Below are positions 58,368 to 64,000 of a DNA stretch of 64,000 bases, one piece after another. The translations under genes were made by a program, and so were the position numbers. The notes below the pieces were generated by a model. The model ran no database searches. It saw only the letters and a list, made by a program, of their open reading frames with translations, and was not told where the DNA came from. This DNA comes from an uncultured Candidatus Saccharibacteria bacterium (lineage in GTDB: Bacteria > Patescibacteriota > Minisyncoccia > Phycocordibacterales > CAIRYW01): positions 177 to 64,176 of the forward strand of contig CAYLQP010000005.1 of assembly GCA_964386665.1 (NCBI GenBank). The letters run 5' to 3'. Each line of letters starts with the position of its first letter. The first letter of the stretch is position 1.

Positions 58368-58505
58368 ATGGTTGTGAGTTAACTACTAAAGTCTTGTTCG
58401 TGTATTAAAAAACCCCTTCTTTGGGGTGTTTGTATCATACCTCTTTTATACCCCCTTTGTCAACAAACAAAAACACCCCTCAGTGAGGGGTGTTTTTGTT
58501 GTCAC

Positions 58506-59297
58506 TTACTTGATTCTAAACTGAACCGAGACGCTTGAAACAATCTTGTTTTCTCCCATTGGTAGATCTGGAGTTGGAAGTGCTGCTCCTACTGCCATAG
58601 TATCCATAGACCGTTCTGCCTTCATAAACATTGGGCTATATCCCCCGTTGTTTTCAGAGAATGACACAATCTCGTCGAGATTAACTCCCAAGTCTTTGGC
58701 AAGTCTTTTGGCTTTTTTCTTGGCATCAGCAATTGCTTTTGTTCGAGCTTCAAGCTTTAACTCTTCATCATTATCGATTGTATATGTTACTTGGCTAAGG
58801 TTTTGAACCCCGAGTTCTGCAATCTTGGCAGTGACAACTGCTGTGTCTTCTGCTTTTCGAACCTTTACCGTAACAGAGTACGACGCGTCATAACCAACAA
58901 GTGTTGAGCCTGATGGTGGACAAGCAAACTGTGTACATGGTCGAGCAGTATAGTCATACTTCGGGTTAATACTTGGGGTTGAAACAATATCCTTGTCGGC
59001 AATTCCTTGATCTCGAAGCATCTTGATGACTGCGTTGTTTTTCTCAGTTGCTTTCTTTTGAGCTTCTGGAACTGTTTTTCCTTCTTCTGTAATAGTAAAG
59101 TTAAATGTCGCAATATCAGGAACCGCGAGCACTTCTCCTTCACCTGTCACGGTGATAGTGTCCATACTTTCTGGATTACCAGAGTAGTCTTTAAATTCAT
59201 TAAGTGATTTACCTAACAAAAATACTGCGAGAAGTACGAGAACAAGTTTTCCCAAACCTCGAACGCTCTTTGAGCTAAAAAATGTATTATATTCCAT
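58506..59297 (-). CDS. SIMPL domain (DUF541) protein
   Basis: ITVTGEGEV..PD, AIADAKKKA..LA. Confidence 0.9.
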   Translation of the reverse strand: MEYNTFFSSKSVRGLGKLVLVLLAVFLLGKSLNEFKDYSGNPESMDTITVTGEGEVLAVPDIATFNFTITEEGKTVPEAQKKATEKNNAVIKMLRDQGIADKDIVSTPSINPKYDYTARPCTQFACPPSGSTLVGYDASYSVTVKVRKAEDTAVVTAKIAELGVQNLSQVTYTIDNDEELKLEARTKAIADAKKKAKRLAKDLGVNLDEIVSFSENNGGYSPMFMKAERSMDTMAVGAALPTPDLPMGENKIVSSVSVQFRIK

Positions 59298-59368
59298 ATG
59301 TGTAATTAAGCTTATAAACAGACATGTTTAGTTTAGCACAAACTCGTCTCAAGAAAAAACACCTTGTC

Positions 59369-60271
59369 TTAAAGATGGTTTTGATTCAAAAGTACACTTA
59401 ATACCACGTTTTCAAAAAGAGATGCAACCGTCATAGGACCAACTCCACCTGGCACCGGTGAAATTGCCGAGACAATCTTTGATACCTTTTCGAAATCAAC
59501 ATCACCAACAAGAGTTCGTTTCACCCCTTCTTCAAGGACCTTGCTTCCCGTGACCGAATTGGTCCCCACATCTACTACCACCTGCCCTGCACGGAAACAT
59601 TCTTTTCCAAAGTACTTTGGTTTTCCAACCGCAATAATAACAATATCGTGTTCTTTGATTACTTTTGGGAGATGCTCAGTTTTGCTATGAGCAATAGTAA
59701 CTGTTGCGTTTTCTTTCAGGAGAAGAAGGGCCACTGGCTTCCCCACAAGAAGAGATCGTCCCACAACAATCGCTCGTTTACCTTTAAGTTCGATTTTGTT
59801 TTTTTTGAGAAGTGACATTACCCCTCGTGCTGTTGCTGGAATAAACGAAGGAACAATGTTCTTAGGATCATTACCTCCACTTGCGCTTTCGTAAAGGAGT
59901 CCAGCGTTTTTTGAATGAAGACCATCTACGTCTTTTGAAGGGTCGATTGTTTCAAGAAGTTTAAATTTGTCGAGATGTTTCGGGATAGGAAGTTGCAAGA
60001 TAATACCCGAAATCCCCCGATCATCATTCAGGCTTCGAATCTCTTCAATCACATCTCTTTCTTTCACCGTCTCATCAAGTGGTATGTGTTGAACCTTCAC
60101 ACCAATTTCATTTGCAAAACGCTTTTTGTGTTCGATGTACGCGCAGGATTCTTTGTTGTCACCTATCTGAATGATTGCAAGACATGGGGAAACACCGAGT
60201 TTTTGTATCTCTTTTTTTAGCTTTTTTTGAATTTCAAGCGACAGCGCTTTGCCGTCTAGAATAGTTGCCAT
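59369..60271 (-). CDS. folD: Methylene-THF dehydrogenase/cyclohydrolase
   Basis: ILDGK, QLPIP, KDVDG, GRS..VGKP, PVPGGVGPMT. Confidence 0.96.
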   Translation of the reverse strand: MATILDGKALSLEIQKKLKKEIQKLGVSPCLAIIQIGDNKESCAYIEHKKRFANEIGVKVQHIPLDETVKERDVIEEIRSLNDDRGISGIILQLPIPKHLDKFKLLETIDPSKDVDGLHSKNAGLLYESASGGNDPKNIVPSFIPATARGVMSLLKKNKIELKGKRAIVVGRSLLVGKPVALLLLKENATVTIAHSKTEHLPKVIKEHDIVIIAVGKPKYFGKECFRAGQVVVDVGTNSVTGSKVLEEGVKRTLVGDVDFEKVSKIVSAISPVPGGVGPMTVASLFENVVLSVLLNQNHL

Positions 60272-60410
60272 AGAAAATACTTTACCATATATTCTATGTT
60301 TTGGGTATAATTCAAAACCTTCATTTCTGAAGAAAATCCGATATCTCGGGTTCTCTTTAAAAATGATCGCGCGAACCATCCGAAAACGGATGCGCGATCA
60401 AACATGTCTA

Positions 60411-60755
60411 TCACTTCAACTCTCCAAAATAATGTCCAGGAGCAAGAAACTCTGGTAAGGGAGGAACTTGCGCCCCTACACTTTCCACCCGAGGTTGAGC
60501 GGGGACTTGTGGCTCAGGTTCAAACTCCTGTTTCAAAACAGGTTTAGCTTTTGAAGCTGAAGCATCAGAGATACCCCGAATCAAACCAAAAGCATCAGAA
60601 ATGGGCCCGTTATACTCATAGACCAGTTTATCACCTTCGGTTAGACCAATAAGTGTGAGAGTACAACCTATTGGAAGAATTCTTGGTAAAGCACCTTTGT
60701 TTCTTTCAAGGATAATGATATAGCTTTTCATTTGATCATGATATTGAATGTACAT
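60411..60755 (-). CDS. Hypothetical protein
   Basis: ORF between two hairpins; start uncertain. Confidence 0.5.
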   Translation of the reverse strand: MYIQYHDQMKSYIIILERNKGALPRILPIGCTLTLIGLTEGDKLVYEYNGPISDAFGLIRGISDASASKAKPVLKQEFEPEPQVPAQPRVESVGAQVPPLPEFLAPGHYFGELK

Positions 60756-61003
60756 CCTACTTCTTGAAAAACCACTGGGTTTCCCTTTCGGATTGATGGG
60801 CTCTGCTGTCAAAGCTCATCATCCCAAAAGTGAATACTAAAAAACCGGCTCGCCTGAGGGCGAGCCGGTTTTGTGTTAATTTGATTTGAATCTATTTACA
60901 CAAAAAGCTCCCCTCTGGCATAGCCCAGAAGTAAAATCCAAAAAAGTATGTATTTGTGTTTCCTATTTTCATAGTAGTATTATACTAACAAAACAAAAAA
61001 TAA

Positions 61004-62404
61004 ATGCAAATGAAACATCCACAACCAAAAAGACATATCGATCTAAATCAAGAAGTGTACAAAAACGGACCTGTTCTCTATTGGATGAACCGTGATTGTC
61101 GTGTAGATGATAATTTCGCACTTCTCTTTGCACAGGAAAAAGCCCTTGAGCTTGATACCCCTCTTATCGTTCTCTATAACCTAGTACCTGGTTTTCTTGG
61201 GGGCACATTACGCAGTCATCACTTCAAAATCGAAGGCTTAAAAGAAGTTGAAGAAAACCTCAAGAAAAAAAATATCCCTTTCTTTTTAATCGAGGGAGAT
61301 GATACAGAAAAAGAGATTGTGAAGTTTATCGAACAAAAAAACATTGGATATCTTGTAACAGACTTTTCTCCCCTTAAGACTTCTATCAAGTGGGAAAGAT
61401 ACATCAAATCTCACATTTCTATCCCCTTTGTCGTCCTCGATACACACAACATCGTACCGTGTTTTTTTGCTTCTCAAAAACTGGAATACGGTGCATACAC
61501 ACTACGACCAAAGTTACACAAACTTCTCCCTCTCTTCTTGCAAGAAATCCCAAAACTTAAAACACAAACAAAAAAGGTGTCTCATCAAAAACCAATTGAC
61601 TGGCAAAAAGTTTTACATAACAAGAAACTCAAACTCGTTCCTCCTGCCAAGTGGATTACTGGTGGAGAAAAAGCCGGATTAAAAATGCTTCGTTCTTTTT
61701 TGAAAGAAAAACTAGATACGTATGGAACCGATCGAAATGATCCAACAAAAGATGGGCAATCGAATCTTTCGCCTTATTTACACTTCGGACATATATCTCC
61801 CCAGAGAGTGGTGCTCGAAGCGTTGAAGTATACACAAAGAACAATTGAAACTGTTTTGAACATCCAAAAGAATGGAGCAAAAGAAGAGGCTGGCTCTCTT
61901 GAAGCGTTTATAGAGGAACTTGTGGTACGGCGAGAACTTGCAGACAACTTCTGTTTTTATAATCCACATTACGATACATTTGAAGGGTTCCCCGCTTGGG
62001 CCCAAAAAACACTCAATGAAGCCCGTGAAGACAAACGTGATTATGTATATAGCAAAAAACAATTTGAAGAAGCCCTTACTCACGACGAGCTTTGGAATGC
62101 GGCCCAAAACCAAATGGTTACCACAGGCAAGATGCACGGATATATGCGAATGTATTGGGCCAAAAAAATTCTCGAGTGGAGTAAGTCTCCCGAAGATGCA
62201 CTTGAAATAGCAATCTACCTAAATGATACATACGAACTCGATGGCCGTGATCCAAATGGCTATGCAGGTATTGCGTGGAGTATTGGTGGAGTCCACGATA
62301 GGGCTTGGTTTCCTCGAAAAGTGTTTGGTCTTGTACGCTTTATGGCACGAAGTGGTGTGGAAAAAAAGTGTGATGTAAAAAAGTATATCGAAATGTATAG
62401 CTAA
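61004..62404 (+). CDS. phrB: Class II CPD photolyase
   Basis: YWMNRDCRVDDN, LSPYLHFGH, RRELADNF, MHGYMRMYWAKKILEW, DGRDPNG. Confidence 0.95.
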   Translation: MQMKHPQPKRHIDLNQEVYKNGPVLYWMNRDCRVDDNFALLFAQEKALELDTPLIVLYNLVPGFLGGTLRSHHFKIEGLKEVEENLKKKNIPFFLIEGDDTEKEIVKFIEQKNIGYLVTDFSPLKTSIKWERYIKSHISIPFVVLDTHNIVPCFFASQKLEYGAYTLRPKLHKLLPLFLQEIPKLKTQTKKVSHQKPIDWQKVLHNKKLKLVPPAKWITGGEKAGLKMLRSFLKEKLDTYGTDRNDPTKDGQSNLSPYLHFGHISPQRVVLEALKYTQRTIETVLNIQKNGAKEEAGSLEAFIEELVVRRELADNFCFYNPHYDTFEGFPAWAQKTLNEAREDKRDYVYSKKQFEEALTHDELWNAAQNQMVTTGKMHGYMRMYWAKKILEWSKSPEDALEIAIYLNDTYELDGRDPNGYAGIAWSIGGVHDRAWFPRKVFGLVRFMARSGVEKKCDVKKYIEMYS

Positions 62405-62433
62405 CAAAAAATCCCCTTTCGGGGATTTTTTGT

Positions 62434-62847
62434 TTATTCTTTTGTTTCTGTCTTTGTTTCTACTTCTGGGGTTTCAGCTGTATCAGTTCTCATCATTTCC
62501 ATTTTCATTCGTTTACTGATTTCTTTTGCAGCTTTTCGACGAACGTAATAGAGTTTTGCTCGTCTTACTTTCGCTCGTTTTGTTACTTCGATTTTGTCGA
62601 TAAGAGGAGAATAAAGCGGAAATACTTTTTCTACTCCATATCCTCCAGAAACTCGTCGTACAGTAAATGTCGCACCAGCTTCTGCTCCGTGTTTTCGCGC
62701 TAACACCATTCCTTCAAACATTTGAAGTCGTGTTTTACCTTTTTCTTGAATTTTTTGATATACCTTGACTGTATCTCCAGATTTCATATCAAGCGCTTTT
62801 CGCTCTTCAATATTTACTGTTGATGTGTGGGCAGTTACTTTTGTCAT
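62434..62847 (-). CDS. rplS: 50S ribosomal protein bL19
   Basis: [22 protein letters not shown]. Confidence 0.98.
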   Translation of the reverse strand: MTKVTAHTSTVNIEERKALDMKSGDTVKVYQKIQEKGKTRLQMFEGMVLARKHGAEAGATFTVRRVSGGYGVEKVFPLYSPLIDKIEVTKRAKVRRAKLYYVRRKAAKEISKRMKMEMMRTDTAETPEVETKTETKE

Positions 62848-62874
62848 AATGTCGATTACTCTATCATATAGGCG

Positions 62875-63618
62875 TTATTTTGGCAAATCGATTGAAAGCA
62901 ATTTAAACGCCTGGTTAAAATCCTCTGGAAATGGCGCCTCAAGAACGACTTCTTTGCCACTTAAATGTTTAAATATAAGCCTACTTGCATGAAGGGCGAG
63001 ACGCTTGAAAGAAAGAGGATTTCTTCGGTTTTTGGCATATAATCCATCGGCTAGGATGGGGTGACCTATAGCACTTAGATGAACTCGAATCTGATGTGTC
63101 CGACCTGTTTGTGGCCACACCTCCAAAAGAGATACCCCACTCGCACTTTTTTGAACTTTGTATTTTGTAAATGCTTCTCGCATTTCTCCCCGAGCATTGT
63201 TACCCACCGCCCACTTACGAACATCGGTTGTACTTCGTCCAATCGGAAAACTGATAAGTCCTCGAGAATCTCGTGGAGTGCCTGCAACAAAAGCAAAATA
63301 AGTTTTTTTGATTTCTCGGTCTTTGAACGCTTGTTTGAAGTATTCAAAACTTTCTTGGTTCTTGGTAATTATAAGAATCCCTGACGTCTCCTTGTCTATC
63401 CGATGAACAATTCCTGGGCGAGGCACTATTATTCCTTCATCAGTTTGCGTATCTTCTCCTACCCCTTCGATATCTGGATACTGCTTTAAAATCCAATCAA
63501 CAAGAGTAAGCTCATCTGTCTTCCCATCTCCATGAACAGCAATTCCAGCTGGCTTGTTGATAACAAGCAAGTCTTCGTCTTCAAAGATAATAGAAATCAG
63601 TTTAAACAATGTTTCCAT
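62875..63618 (-). CDS. RluA/RluD-family pseudouridine synthase
   Basis: NKPAG, HRIDKETSG, TGRTHQIRVH. Confidence 0.95.
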   Translation of the reverse strand: METLFKLISIIFEDEDLLVINKPAGIAVHGDGKTDELTLVDWILKQYPDIEGVGEDTQTDEGIIVPRPGIVHRIDKETSGILIITKNQESFEYFKQAFKDREIKKTYFAFVAGTPRDSRGLISFPIGRSTTDVRKWAVGNNARGEMREAFTKYKVQKSASGVSLLEVWPQTGRTHQIRVHLSAIGHPILADGLYAKNRRNPLSFKRLALHASRLIFKHLSGKEVVLEAPFPEDFNQAFKLLSIDLPK

Positions 63619-64000
63619 TTTTTAATGCTTTATGAGATTTTAAGAAAAAGTAACCGACAATACTAAATGTAATGATTGGAGATACAAAATGTGGGACATG
63701 GTAACCAAAAGCATCTGCAAGCATAATGACACCAAGTGCAAAAATAGAATACATTGCACCGTTTTTTATAAACATATACTTTCTAATGCGGTCAATGTTC
63801 CCCACTGTAAGTTGTCGAAGTACAAGTGCTCCGATTCCATTTCCTAAAATAATAAGCGGAACTGAAAGCGTAAATGCAAATGCCCCAAGTACCCCATCGA
63901 TTGAAAACGTTGTATCGATCACTTCAAGATACATTATCTTTGCAATATCAGATTTGTTTGAATGACCAGAGACCAGTTCTTTTTCGGTTTCCTCGGCAGT
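63602..64000 (-). CDS. DUF475/TerC-like membrane protein, 3' part (truncated by window)
   Basis: YLEVIDTTFSIDGVLGAFA, GNGIGA, GAMYSI. Confidence 0.85.
   Translation of the reverse strand, partial: TAEETEKELVSGHSNKSDIAKIMYLEVIDTTFSIDGVLGAFAFTLSVPLIILGNGIGALVLRQLTVGNIDRIRKYMFIKNGAMYSIFALGVIMLADAFGYHVPHFVSPIITFSIVGYFFLKSHKALKNGNIV

Noticed and set aside
1-64000. Alternative genetic code (UGA=Gly) or a prophage
   Set aside because: Core genes are full length under code 11 and some end in TGA (nusG, tatD); no phage structural or integrase genes seen

Overview
A 64-kb chromosomal segment (genetic code 11, mostly minus-strand genes) that looks like a Patescibacteria/CPR (Parcubacteria-like) genome. 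Backbone: 5' end of an unlinked 23S rRNA gene with its own promoter, rplJL, surface/S-layer-like genes, ftsK-recA, efp-rpsR-ssb-rpsF, four aminoacyl-tRNA synthetases, a folate/pyrimidine cluster, secE-nusG-rplK without rplA, a class II photolyase and rplS. Three signals stand out. (1) At 41.9-47.1 kb, a predicted minus-strand transcription unit divergent from a TrmB-like regulator carries four ORFans (one resembling the type III CRISPR effector Csx23) and a tRNA-like gene with a 114-nt insert, each separated by a copy of the same covarying two-hairpin RNA motif (six copies). (2) The 'thymidylate synthase' has Asp at the E. coli Asn177 position, the known dCMP-specificity signature, and lies among deaminase, dcd, glyA and folA genes. 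(3) A wHTH gene head-to-head with ftsK has about 14 copies of TGTCYTT in its own coding sequence and promoter. No CRISPR array, integrase or transposase was seen. All calls were made by eye, without database searches.
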